A stretch of DNA of 64,000 nucleotides, taken from NCBI GenBank assembly GCA_028714495.1, contig JAQTMH010000002.1, positions 7,219 to 71,218 on the forward strand, given 5' to 3'. Both the position numbers and the translations under genes were made by a program. Below the pieces are notes generated by a model. It saw only the letters and a program-made list of their open reading frames with translations. It was not told the DNA's origin and made no database searches. Source of the stretch: Patescibacteria group bacterium (GTDB lineage Bacteria; Patescibacteriota; Patescibacteriia; JAHIZJ01). Positions within the stretch are counted from its first letter, which is position 1; each line of letters opens with the position of its first letter. Shown here one piece after another: positions 47,724-56,291 of the stretch.

Positions 47724-48670
47724 AGATTTTTTACCTTTCTCTGGAACCTTTTTGCGATGAAAGATAAAATGATGCCTAGAGCTGCTAGCCCATATCCAAT
47801 AGTAACATTGTACCAACCCAGAAAATTTCCTAGAAAGCCGAAGACAATCAAAACAATCGCGGTGATTCTTAGAATTAGGATAGTTTGAAAAGAAGACAAC
47901 CTCTTGCCCTTAGTTTTCTTTTCGCCTTGATCAATTATCGCTGGCTGATCTCCGCGAATCATATTGACAAAGGCGCTTTCTAAATCCACCGCCCGAGTAT
48001 GCTGCTTGATCGCCGCGACTGTATCCACCGCGATAATCCTGCCTTTGTGCATTATCGCCACCCGGTCGCAGAGCTTTTCCGCGTCAGCCATTTCGTGGGT
48101 TGAAAGAATTACCAGCCTGCCTTCTCCCCTGACCCGCTGGATAAACCTCATGACTGTTTGCGAAGCTAAAACATCCAAACCGGCAGTCGGCTCATCGAAA
48201 ATTATCACTTTTGGGTCGTGAATCACTGATCGGGCAATGGCCAGTTTCTGCTTCATGCCGGTTGAATATTTGCCAGATCGTTTATCGGCAAAATCCCGCA
48301 TATCCAATAAATCAATCAATTCATTTATCCGGTTTTCCAGCTTTTCGCCCGCTAAGCCATAGAGTTCGCCGAAATACCTGAGATTCTCACGGCCGGTAAA
48401 ACGTTCATAGACTCCAATTTCAGTAGTTAATACGCCGACATTCTGCCTAACTTCTTTGGATTGTCTAGAAATATCAAAACCAGCTACCTCGGCTGTACCT
48501 GAGGTTGCCTGTAAAACCGTGGCAATGACTCGAATCGTCGTGGTCTTCCCCGCGCCGTTTGGCCCCAATAATCCAAATACTTCCCCGGATTTAGCCTGCA
48601 AACTTACATTATCAACGGCTGTAAAGGTATTAAATTTCTTGACTAAATTCTTGATATCGAGAAGTAACAT
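47720..48670 (-). CDS. ABC ATPase, NatA-like, with two C-terminal TM segments
   Basis: GPNGAGKTT, YSTGMKQK, FDEPT, STH. Confidence 0.9.
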   Translation of the reverse strand: MLLLDIKNLVKKFNTFTAVDNVSLQAKSGEVFGLLGPNGAGKTTTIRVIATVLQATSGTAEVAGFDISRQSKEVRQNVGVLTTEIGVYERFTGRENLRYFGELYGLAGEKLENRINELIDLLDMRDFADKRSGKYSTGMKQKLAIARSVIHDPKVIIFDEPTAGLDVLASQTVMRFIQRVRGEGRLVILSTHEMADAEKLCDRVAIMHKGRIIAVDTVAAIKQHTRAVDLESAFVNMIRGDQPAIIDQGEKKTKGKRLSSFQTILILRITAIVLIVFGFLGNFLGWYNVTIGYGLAALGIILSFIAKRFQRKVKNL

Positions 48671-48786
48671 AGTCCTATAGCATATCAAATTTATACTTAT
48701 TGTTCAAACCAAGGTACCAAAAAAGAGGAACAACGGAGTGTTTCTTTCCTACCGTGGCGGTTCAACCGAAGCGGTTTTTTTCTACC

Positions 48787-48855
48787 CGGCTTAGCCGATT
48801 TTTTACTTCCGACTTCTACTCGGCTTTAGCCGAGGGTCTCAAAGGCTTTAGCCCT
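48787..48855. repeat. Cluster of GGCT(T)TAGCC REP-like palindromes
   Basis: CGGCTTAGCCG, CTCGGCTTTAGCCGAG, GGCTTTAGCC. Confidence 0.55.
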
Positions 48856-49039
48856 GATAGTCTATCATAATCTATCCAACCCTTACTATCCTCACCAGTA
48901 TCAATAACTGAATATACCAATTTCCGTGCGTATTCTTCACCAAATTTATCTTCAATCTGTCGATAACTAGAAAATGGATTTTCTCTCAATTCCTGAAAGG
49001 TATTTACCTCTTTTCACCACACTACCTTCTAACTGACTT

Positions 49040-49208
49040 TAGTCAGGTTGGTAATTTAGTAGCGATAACCCCGCCCCCATCCTAACATAGGCCGCAGATG
49101 ATAGACGCTAAACCGCTAGGCGGCTTCGCCTTATGACCATTATATACCAAGGCTGTGGTTGGGATGGAGACGGGGTTATTTGCGGTGACTTCGACGTCGG
49201 CCTGACTA
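49040..49208. ncRNA. Rod-like inverted-repeat element (6S-like shape)
   Basis: TAGTCAGG/CCTGACTA outer stem, ~25-bp inner stem ATAACCCCG.../...CGGGGTTAT, internal bubble, terminal stem. Confidence 0.45.
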
Positions 49209-49251
49209 TGGTTATTTACTTTTACCCATTATTTTTGCTAGTTCTATGCAA

Positions 49252-49600
49252 ATAAAAAATGGGGCACCGAGTATGATCCCCTTACTTACCTTAGCTCGGT
49301 CGCCCCATGCCCGGGTTTCGTAATGAACAATCGCACTCGCTTGCGCGCTATATCAGTCCCGATTTGCGGGACGACTCCCGGTTAAAGGAGGGAGGATTTA
49401 AACCTCCTGCGCACTAGGCAGCCAACCTGACGTGAAAGGGTGAAACACCTTTTCCTCGCCCGCGAGGCTAGCCAGTCACCTCCTTTTCTCTTTGCCGTCG
49501 CCAGCACGGCGAGGCAAACCACACGCGCTTGCTTGTGGACTCTCGGACCCTAGGGACCCGAGAATGAGCATGCCTAGAGCCGTTTCCAGCCTAGGCACTA
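49252..49600 (-). ncRNA. Candidate ~345-nt multi-hairpin ncRNA
   Basis: TTGACA(49630)-16-TATGAT; about 10 hairpins; ends TGGGGC-ACCGAG/CTCGGT-GCCCCA plus T-run; no ORF in the track. Confidence 0.65.
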
Positions 49601-49681
49601 CTATCATATATTAATATAAAAACTTGTCAACCTAGGGGGTCGGGACAAGTTTGAAAATATGGCATTCCCACCTTTCTCCAG

Positions 49682-49755
49682 TCGGGGTGGAGAGACTTGA
49701 ACTCTCGACCTCACGCACCCGAAGCGTGCGCTCTAGCCAACTGAGCTACACCCCG
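49682..49755 (-). tRNA. tRNA-Pro(CGG), CCA not encoded
   Basis: Cloverleaf; anticodon arm CACGC-TTCGGGT-GCGTG; GTTCAAGTC T-loop. Confidence 0.95.
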
Positions 49756-50032
49756 ACTGAAGAAACGTGTTGTACGTCTTACCCTATTTTATCAATAATG
49801 GTTAAAAAAATAAAGGCTGTTTGACGGCTGCTGGTAAATCGTATCCTAATATATTTTTTTAGCAAACCTTAGCAAAATTAAGTGCATAACTGGTGCAAAA
49901 GCCGGCATTGACAGCGGTCTAATTCAGAACTATACTTGATTGTTTCGGAAAGTGAAGGGTATGGTTCTTGACTGACCGGTCCTTTCAAAACCGAACACCA
50001 AAAGGGCTTGCATCATGAAAGGGGTGGTCATT

Positions 50033-50551
50033 ATGACTAGCCGCAACGGTCTAGCGAAAGGGCAGTCCGGCAGACTCCCGAATAGGAAAACAGTGGAGGA
50101 GATCAACCGAATCAATCGGGGGCTCCATTCCATGTACATCCTGTTCTCTGTCTTCACCGGCGTCTACGTAGCTCTGATGTGGTTCGAGGCGTTTCAGAAG
50201 GTAGGTTTCCTGGAGTGCGTTTACGCTGCACGCTGGACAGGGATCTCCTATCCAGCTTGCGTGGCCTACAACGCGTTCCTGGCTATCTACGTCTACAACA
50301 AAGAGCAAACACGCAAGTGCTTGCTCAAACGAACAACTCGGCGTGGTGGTCGCTGGGTTGCGATCTGGTGGCTGAGCCTAGGTACCATCTTGCTGCTGCA
50401 AGTCTTCGTCACTGGCGTATCGCTTCCTCACCTGCTCGTTCCGCAGTGCATCATTGTGCTATTCGTCTTCTTTGGCAGCGAGGCATTCAAGAAGCGATTC
50501 ATCAAGAAGATGGGCGGCCAAGCAGATGACATGATTGACACAACTTGCTAA
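50033..50551 (+). CDS. Orphan membrane protein (about 4 TM)
   Basis: TTGACA-17-TATACT, SD AAAGGGGTG, hydrophobic segments, terminator AAGGGGCA/TGCCCCTT. Confidence 0.7.
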   Translation: MTSRNGLAKGQSGRLPNRKTVEEINRINRGLHSMYILFSVFTGVYVALMWFEAFQKVGFLECVYAARWTGISYPACVAYNAFLAIYVYNKEQTRKCLLKRTTRRGGRWVAIWWLSLGTILLLQVFVTGVSLPHLLVPQCIIVLFVFFGSEAFKKRFIKKMGGQADDMIDTTC

Positions 50552-50654
50552 GCCCAAATGGTGTTTCGTGAAGGGGCATTCCGCGATCGGAGTGCCCCTT
50601 TTTCTAATAGAAAAGCCCGGCTGCTTCAAGCAAACCGGGCTAGACCAATAGGCG

Positions 50655-51833
50655 TTAGGACGCCATCGGCCATTCATCAGCGTCTGTCTGATCAGCCGGA
50701 TTATCCGTCTGACCAAATTCATTCGCTGACTGACCAAAGAGCATTTCACCGGCGATTTCCTTCAAGGTGGCCAGGACGCGATCATGGCCAATCCCTGATT
50801 CCTGGGTTCTTGTGTAATCAACCGCCCTGATTACCACCTCGAAATCACCAACCGAATTCCACTCCTTTAGGTGACAGGCAAGGCGATCCAGTTCAGCCGG
50901 ATCAGCCAGAGCGCTTTCAACCAGTATCTGATCCAGTACGCGCCAATCACCTACAACCGCTACCAGTTTGTCCGCCTGTCTCTCCCAGAAGCGGCGGCGA
51001 GCCTCCTGGACCATATGGTAGGCAATCCAGAAAAGCGTCGTGTACACCGGGTCGGGATCCCTGCGCCTGAGCCAGTCAAACATTATCTGCGTGATCTCAT
51101 GGGCCTTGACTAGGCGCTTGAGTGGAGGCTTTTTGCCCCAGCCACGCAGGATTTCGACCAAGCGGTGATGATCCTGCGGATCACCCGGCAAATCGCACGC
51201 GTAGGCGATGTCTGAAAGCACCCTCCAACCGCCCACATCAACCGCGATGTTATGCAGGCAGTCTCCCGGACTGACCGCGGCTGAAGCCAATTGATTCTGG
51301 AGGCGGCTTGTGAACAACGGCTGAGTAGTTTCAGCAGGGTTATGCCCCTTCCCGCCTAAATCAGGAAGTTCAGTCTGTCTGTCAGGTTCAGCGGTTTGGT
51401 CAATCGACGACCCTTTCAGCTCATGAGTTGGGCCTGACCGTTCCAGATTGCCCTGATTGTGACCGATGGCGCGGAACAACGCGGCATTCACAATCAGCCG
51501 GAACAGCGCTGGATTTACTGACCGAGGAATGAAACCGTCGGCTCCGCACTGTCTCGCTGCTTTACGGCACATCGCGTGGTTCTGACCGGCCGGGATATTA
51601 GCCATCAGATAAATCGGGGGCCGCAAAATCAGCCTAAGCTTCTTGCTTTCCTGGACCAGGCGCAGACCAGGCGATTCATCAGATTCGGCTAAGACTAGAT
51701 CGGGCTGAAAGCAAGAGATCATAGTCAGGGCTGAGGCCAAATCGGACGCGCCGCAGACCTCAACCCCAGCCAGCAGATCGGAGTAACTAGCCAAACGACC
51801 CAGATTGATGTCAAATACCAGGATTCGTTCCAT
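50655..51833 (-). CDS. Receiver-like domain fused to a duplicated unknown domain
   Basis: ILVFD...PDLVLAE...GADGFIP; VGGWRVLSDI and VGDWRVLDQI repeats; SD GAGGAGG. Confidence 0.7.
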   Translation of the reverse strand: MERILVFDINLGRLASYSDLLAGVEVCGASDLASALTMISCFQPDLVLAESDESPGLRLVQESKKLRLILRPPIYLMANIPAGQNHAMCRKAARQCGADGFIPRSVNPALFRLIVNAALFRAIGHNQGNLERSGPTHELKGSSIDQTAEPDRQTELPDLGGKGHNPAETTQPLFTSRLQNQLASAAVSPGDCLHNIAVDVGGWRVLSDIAYACDLPGDPQDHHRLVEILRGWGKKPPLKRLVKAHEITQIMFDWLRRRDPDPVYTTLFWIAYHMVQEARRRFWERQADKLVAVVGDWRVLDQILVESALADPAELDRLACHLKEWNSVGDFEVVIRAVDYTRTQESGIGHDRVLATLKEIAGEMLFGQSANEFGQTDNPADQTDADEWPMAS

Positions 51834-51859
51834 GACCCAACCTCCTCTTTGTGACTCAT

Positions 51860-52068
51860 AATAAAAAGAGCCTCATTAGAGGAGGCGTCATTTCTAGGGA
51901 CTAATCCTTATTGTCCCTGAGCTTTGTAACTATAACCTTGATGCCGGTTACGCTACTGGCTCCCGATGAACTGTACCCCTTAGCTAAAGCTATGGGGTAA
52001 AGCGTCCAAATTCAGTTCATCGTTCGACGCCTCATCATTACTACCCTAGTGTTTCCAGGATAGTAAAA
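51860..52068 (-). promoter_or_regulatory. Riboswitch-like structured leader or sRNA
   Basis: TTGACA-17-TAATGT; P1 GAGGCGTC/GACGCCTC overlaps terminator GCCTC/GAGGC plus T-run. Confidence 0.55.
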
Positions 52069-52235
52069 AAACATTAGCATATTGTTTTCAGAATGTCAAG
52101 CCCCTGCGGATACTGCCCTTGACTAATCAAATCTTTGCTGATATTATGGAATGCTCTTTTACAAATAGACATTCTCTCCAGCGGGGAGCGTAGAAACCAT
52201 ATTCCGCTTTCTCCGCTGGAGGGAATCGAAGGATG

Positions 52236-52298
52236 ATGGCCAAAATCATCGAATCACGAGTTCGTCGCGTGGTTCGCTCCTTCACTCTCCGGGCTTAA
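52236..52298 (+). CDS. Putative leader peptide MAKIIESRVRRVVRSFTLRA
   Basis: GGAGG/AAGGA upstream; stops 19 nt before the hydrophobic ORF. Confidence 0.35.
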   Translation: MAKIIESRVRRVVRSFTLRA

Positions 52299-52317
52299 GC
52301 AACTAAACAGCAAAGCC

Positions 52318-52470
52318 ATGCGGTTTCTCTTCCTGCTCGTACTGACCATCATTCTTCTGAAGCTCTTTCTGCCTGAACTTGCCATCCCCGCCATTGAAAT
52401 CCTCCACCGACTGTTGACGATCCTTGGCGAGTTCCTTAAGCAGTTCACAAGTTCTATCCCCGGCATTTGA
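52318..52470 (+). CDS. 50-aa hydrophobic peptide, type I toxin-like
   Basis: MRFLFLLVLTIILLKLFLPELAIPAIEILHRLLTILGEFLKQFTSSIPGI; TTGACT-17-TATTAT promoter; terminator GAGCGCCC/GGGCGCTC. Confidence 0.6.
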   Translation: MRFLFLLVLTIILLKLFLPELAIPAIEILHRLLTILGEFLKQFTSSIPGI

Positions 52471-53003
52471 TGCTGGAGATAGACACACCTCGAGCGCCCC
52501 AAAGACCATCTGGTCTAGGGCGCTCTTTTCTTTGCCATAGAACCAATAAAAGTGATGAGTAGAAGATAATCCTTTGGTAACTACATTATCGAAGCCTAGG
52601 GCAAAGACCCGCCGAAGGCCGCTTTGAATAACCTATTTGATGGTGAAAAGAAATTACTGCTTAGTGAAGTAAGTGTAAATAACTGGTGACCGGAGGCGGG
52701 TAAACAATTTGCTACGCCAAAAGGTAAATAAATGCCATAATTTGGTTATTACATTATCGGAGCCATAGGCAAAGAACACCCGTACCACTTCGGGTACGGG
52801 GCAGGCTGCCGAGCCCCGGCCTTAAGTGCCGAGGGGAGGCGGGTATGGTTAATTAATCACCCCCCGGTTGATATTGGAGATGCCGGATCAGGTCCGGCAT
52901 GACTACTGTGTGGTATCTTCAAGCCAAAGCAAATTCCGCCCAAGGTTCAAGCACTTAATAAAAAACAACAGCCCCGTCTTCCAGGGCCGTTGTCTCTAGT
53001 ACC

Positions 53004-53051
53004 TTAGCAAGTGCAAGGATCATTGCCACAGGTTGGGCATGGTTCTGTCAT
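53004..53051 (-). CDS. 15-aa Cys-rich micropeptide MTEPCPTCGNDPCTC
   Basis: TATAAT, SD AAGGAG, ATG...TAA, terminator ACAACGGCCC/GGGCTGTTGT plus T-run. Confidence 0.6.
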   Translation of the reverse strand: MTEPCPTCGNDPCTC

Positions 53052-53265
53052 GGTGGAAATCTCCTTATATTAATGACTTTAAGAATATTATACAGTATTT
53101 TCCTTTTTTAAAAAACAATATTTTTATGGCTAACATTAGTCAATTTTTAGATATTATACAATATAAATATTACCTATTTACCTAATAAATGCCTTGTTTT
53201 TATTGCTTATTTACATATTTCAGCTATAATTAGAGCATAATGTTAATAACTTATTAAGGAGACGT

Positions 53266-53550
53266 ATGTCGAAATCAATGAGTAAGTCTCAGCTACACGC
53301 GCTTCTGGCCGAGAAATCAGGACGCTCAAAAAAAGAGGTCAGTGATTTCCTGGACCTATTGGTGACCACCGCCTACAACGAAGCAAAAAATGGCGGCGAG
53401 TTTTCACTGCCAGGTCTTGGTAAACTGGTCAAGAAGCATCGCGCAGCTCGTCAAGGACGCAACCCTGCCACTGGAGCCACTATCCAGATCCCGGCGAAAA
53501 CGGTTTTGAAGTTCCGCGTGGCCAAAGCAGCCAAAGACGCGATTCTCTAG
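53266..53550 (+). CDS. hup: DNA-binding protein HU
   Basis: LPGLGKL...RAARQGRNPATG.TIQIPAK..KFR. Confidence 0.95.
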   Translation: MSKSMSKSQLHALLAEKSGRSKKEVSDFLDLLVTTAYNEAKNGGEFSLPGLGKLVKKHRAARQGRNPATGATIQIPAKTVLKFRVAKAAKDAIL

Positions 53551-53622
53551 TTACTAGAAAGTCAAAACCAAAAAAGGTCTTCAATCGAAGGCCTTTTTGG
53601 TTATCATTTTTTAATATGGTTT

Positions 53623-54060
53623 TTATCTTCTCCGATATAAACCCACCAATTCAGCTGAGTCAAGGCTGTGCTTATTAACTTCAGAAACGAAATTCTGACG
53701 GTTAAGATTTTCCAGTTTTTCGGTATCCAGAGCGTAAACCGTGAAGATATAGTGATGCACCCCCGAAGGCGGGCAAGGACTGCCATAAGATGTTTTGCCA
53801 TAGTCATTTTCAACCTCCGTAGCTCCGGCTGGACAACCGCAATTCTCTGGCAATTCCCTAGTGCTGACCGGGATGTTTGACACCAGCCAGTGAGCAAATT
53901 CACCGCCAGGCGCATCTGGATCAAGGCAGGTCAGGGCAAAGCTTTTTGTGCCATCAGGAAAACCTTCCCAAGCCAAATGCGGAGAAATTTCATCCCCATC
54001 GCAAGTGTAGGTTGGCGGGAGGTTTCCTTCGTGTTCAAAGTTTTTACTTTTTAGATTCAT
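53623..54060 (-). CDS. YbhB/YbcL (PEBP) family protein
   Basis: YTCDG..ISP.L.W, DPDAP, HW, PCPPSG.HHY.F..YALD. Confidence 0.95.
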   Translation of the reverse strand: MNLKSKNFEHEGNLPPTYTCDGDEISPHLAWEGFPDGTKSFALTCLDPDAPGGEFAHWLVSNIPVSTRELPENCGCPAGATEVENDYGKTSYGSPCPPSGVHHYIFTVYALDTEKLENLNRQNFVSEVNKHSLDSAELVGLYRRR

Positions 54061-54140
54061 ATAGTCTAATGTTTCGTCTCATGCTGCGTTGTTTTGCTAT
54101 AACATATACACCATATTGTATGCCGTAATACGAGGAGTCA

Positions 54141-54764
54141 TTATTCCAAAATCAGTTTAGTATAAAGCTCAAAAAGCAGATGTTTCTCTCCTCGGTATGG
54201 AATAACGATATTTTTATTAAAATCTGCATGCTTCATATTTTTTATCACTATATTGTCTGCTCCTTCGATTGTTTTACGGCCAAATCCAAAATGTAATAAT
54301 TTACGACCTAGATTTAAAAACATATCTTCGTTTGAAAAAATATTCGTTATCTTGACCGGTTGCGGAAAATCCACGAAGCTTTTTTTATGAGGAGTCGCAA
54401 CATAGATAAGATGGATAATACCCCCTAGTTCTTTAGAGTATCTGAGTGAATCTTCTGCAACAATTCCCCCAAGGCTTTTGCCTAATAGTACTACTCGATC
54501 ATATCCAGGTCGTTTCTTTAAAAATTTAGAAAGTTTTTTAGCGGCTAGATTGATAAAAATAATATTGTAAAATCCCTTAATCCATTTGAAAACATGTATA
54601 TCAATTTCTGGGGTATGTTTTTCAATATGATCTTTTAAGACGTAAGCCCAGGCATCTCCTTGTCTATCTACGCCAAAGTAATTATAGAACTTGTGAAAAT
54701 ATTTTTTCAAAAATCGAGGGATTCCAGCTCCCGATCCAGGAATAATTATTAATAAGGTTCGCAT
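54141..54764 (-). CDS. Alpha/beta hydrolase-fold protein
   Basis: GKSLGG nucleophile elbow, ATPH, D and H residues. Confidence 0.75.
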   Translation of the reverse strand: MRTLLIIIPGSGAGIPRFLKKYFHKFYNYFGVDRQGDAWAYVLKDHIEKHTPEIDIHVFKWIKGFYNIIFINLAAKKLSKFLKKRPGYDRVVLLGKSLGGIVAEDSLRYSKELGGIIHLIYVATPHKKSFVDFPQPVKITNIFSNEDMFLNLGRKLLHFGFGRKTIEGADNIVIKNMKHADFNKNIVIPYRGEKHLLFELYTKLILE

Positions 54765-54818
54765 GAAGTTATTATTTATAAACAAGCTGCTCGTATTTTG
54801 TCATATAACTAATATTCA

Positions 54819-55541
54819 TTAATCAAACTCATTCCGGCTGTGGTTCCAGACGCAGTACTCGCAGGCTGTGTGGCTTTTTGGCAATGGCCCGCGCAGTACC
54901 TTCACCGCTTCTTCAAAAGTCTTTTTGGCAGAATCAAGGCTGGTCGTAACCTTAACAATATGAGTATTGAAATCGACTCGGCCGGCTGGCAATACTTCTT
55001 TGGGATAGTAATACAGAAGATAGGCGAAGTCTCGGGTTTTATAGTTATTGGCCGATAGTAAAAGACTGTATGACTCGAGCTGAGTCCGGTAATATCTTTC
55101 CGAATCGCCTTCTCTCGGACTGCTGCCCCGGGTCTTGTAATCCAGCGGGATGTAAAAACCATCGTCGTACAAACAATCGTCCAGCGCTCCGAACAGCACG
55201 GCGTTGATTTTCTTGTCCTCGTATTCCAAGCCCGTCCGCCAATTGCGCCATTTGTTCAAAACCTTCACATCCGGAAAAAGTCCTCCCTCAACCTGTCCAG
55301 CCAGCTCTGGCGGCATCTCGCCCTTTTTCCGAAATGTGTCCATGTAATCCTTGATCACCAAATCCATCCCGCCTGGCAGTGAAGGGAATATTCCCCGAGG
55401 CCGGTGGATATTTTTATTGTAGTGCAGCCAAAAACAGCGTGGGCATTCCTTGAACAAGCTTAAACCCGAACTGGGCGATAAACGTATCAAATTTGTAGTC
55501 ATAGGCTTCTTTATCTTATCAAATAGAGTGTTTTGTGTCAC
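54819..55541 (-). CDS. PD-(D/E)XK nuclease superfamily protein (AddB/Cas4-like Cys pattern)
   Basis: LSPS...CPRCFW, GALDD, LDYKT, QL..Y, CEYC. Confidence 0.88.
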   Translation of the reverse strand: MTQNTLFDKIKKPMTTNLIRLSPSSGLSLFKECPRCFWLHYNKNIHRPRGIFPSLPGGMDLVIKDYMDTFRKKGEMPPELAGQVEGGLFPDVKVLNKWRNWRTGLEYEDKKINAVLFGALDDCLYDDGFYIPLDYKTRGSSPREGDSERYYRTQLESYSLLLSANNYKTRDFAYLLYYYPKEVLPAGRVDFNTHIVKVTTSLDSAKKTFEEAVKVLRGPLPKSHTACEYCVWNHSRNEFD

Positions 55542-55558
55542 CTTGAATATTTTAACCT

Positions 55559-56242
55559 TTAATGATTGTCTTTTTTAATTTGATCGAAATCTTTGGTAAA
55601 TTTATTCTCAAGCTCCCGCAGACTGATCGCCCCTTCCTTTCGGTACTCTCCAACCCTGATTCTCTCTAATTCCTTTAAATATCCGCCAGTACTAAGATTC
55701 TTACCAATATCGCGAGCCAGTGAACGGATATAAACACCGGGCCCAGTCACCACTTTTATTTTTAATTCAGGCCAGTTATAATCTAAAAGTTCGATTTTTT
55801 TTATCAAGACCGGCCTCGGCTCTAGACGCACTGCTTGTCCTTGGCGAGCGTATTTGTAGGCGGCACGACCTTTTATTTTAATCGCACTGTAAATCGGAGG
55901 GGTTTGAAGAATTTCACCTTGGAATTTTTCTAGGGCGGCCTGAACCTCTTCTTCATTAGGAAATCGGCTCGGCGCCATTTTTGTTCTTTCGCCTTCAGCA
56001 TCGTCGGTTGTACTCTCCTCGCCCAATTGAACAGTCGCCAGATATTCCTTTTCCTTGGTCACGATTTTCGCCAATTGCCTTGTCGCTTCCCGGCCTAAGC
56101 CGACAACTAAAACACCCTTGGCCAAAGGGTCGAGGGTACCGGCATGACCGACTTTTTTGATTCCGGTAATTCTTCTAATTTCATCAATGATATCGTGCGA
56201 GGTCGGACCAGCCGGTTTGTATATTCCAAAAATACTGTCCAT
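55559..56242 (-). CDS. truB: tRNA pseudouridine(55) synthase
   Basis: KVGHAGTLDP.A.GVL, PPIYSAIK, G.YIRSLARD. Confidence 0.97.
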   Translation of the reverse strand: MDSIFGIYKPAGPTSHDIIDEIRRITGIKKVGHAGTLDPLAKGVLVVGLGREATRQLAKIVTKEKEYLATVQLGEESTTDDAEGERTKMAPSRFPNEEEVQAALEKFQGEILQTPPIYSAIKIKGRAAYKYARQGQAVRLEPRPVLIKKIELLDYNWPELKIKVVTGPGVYIRSLARDIGKNLSTGGYLKELERIRVGEYRKEGAISLRELENKFTKDFDQIKKDNH

Positions 56243-56291
56243 ATTTTCAGACTAACCTGGTTTGGTATCTAATGTCAAAGGCGGGCAAGCG

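Noticed and set aside
48816-49012. About 64-codon minus-strand frame (EVNTFQELRENPF...SAKAE)
   Set aside because: No clear start and it ends within REP-like repeats; probably a gene remnant
49252-49600. RNase P RNA, tmRNA or a 16S rRNA fragment (GTGAAAGGGTG and TCACCTCCTTT on the plus strand)
   Set aside because: No GAGGAAAGTCC or ACAGAA..CGGCT, no tRNA-like ends and no other 16S sequence; the promoter and terminator point to a minus-strand RNA
52254-52509. Minus-strand ORFs of 82 and 68 aa
   Set aside because: Promoter, terminator and peptide character support the plus-strand 50-aa ORF instead
52570-52780. Imperfect direct repeat TACATTATCG(A/G)AGCC...GGCAAAGA
   Set aside because: Only two copies with an in-frame stop; looks like decayed gene fragments rather than an array
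54819-55541. Cas4 or a CRISPR locus
   Set aside because: No repeat-spacer array or other cas genes seen in the window
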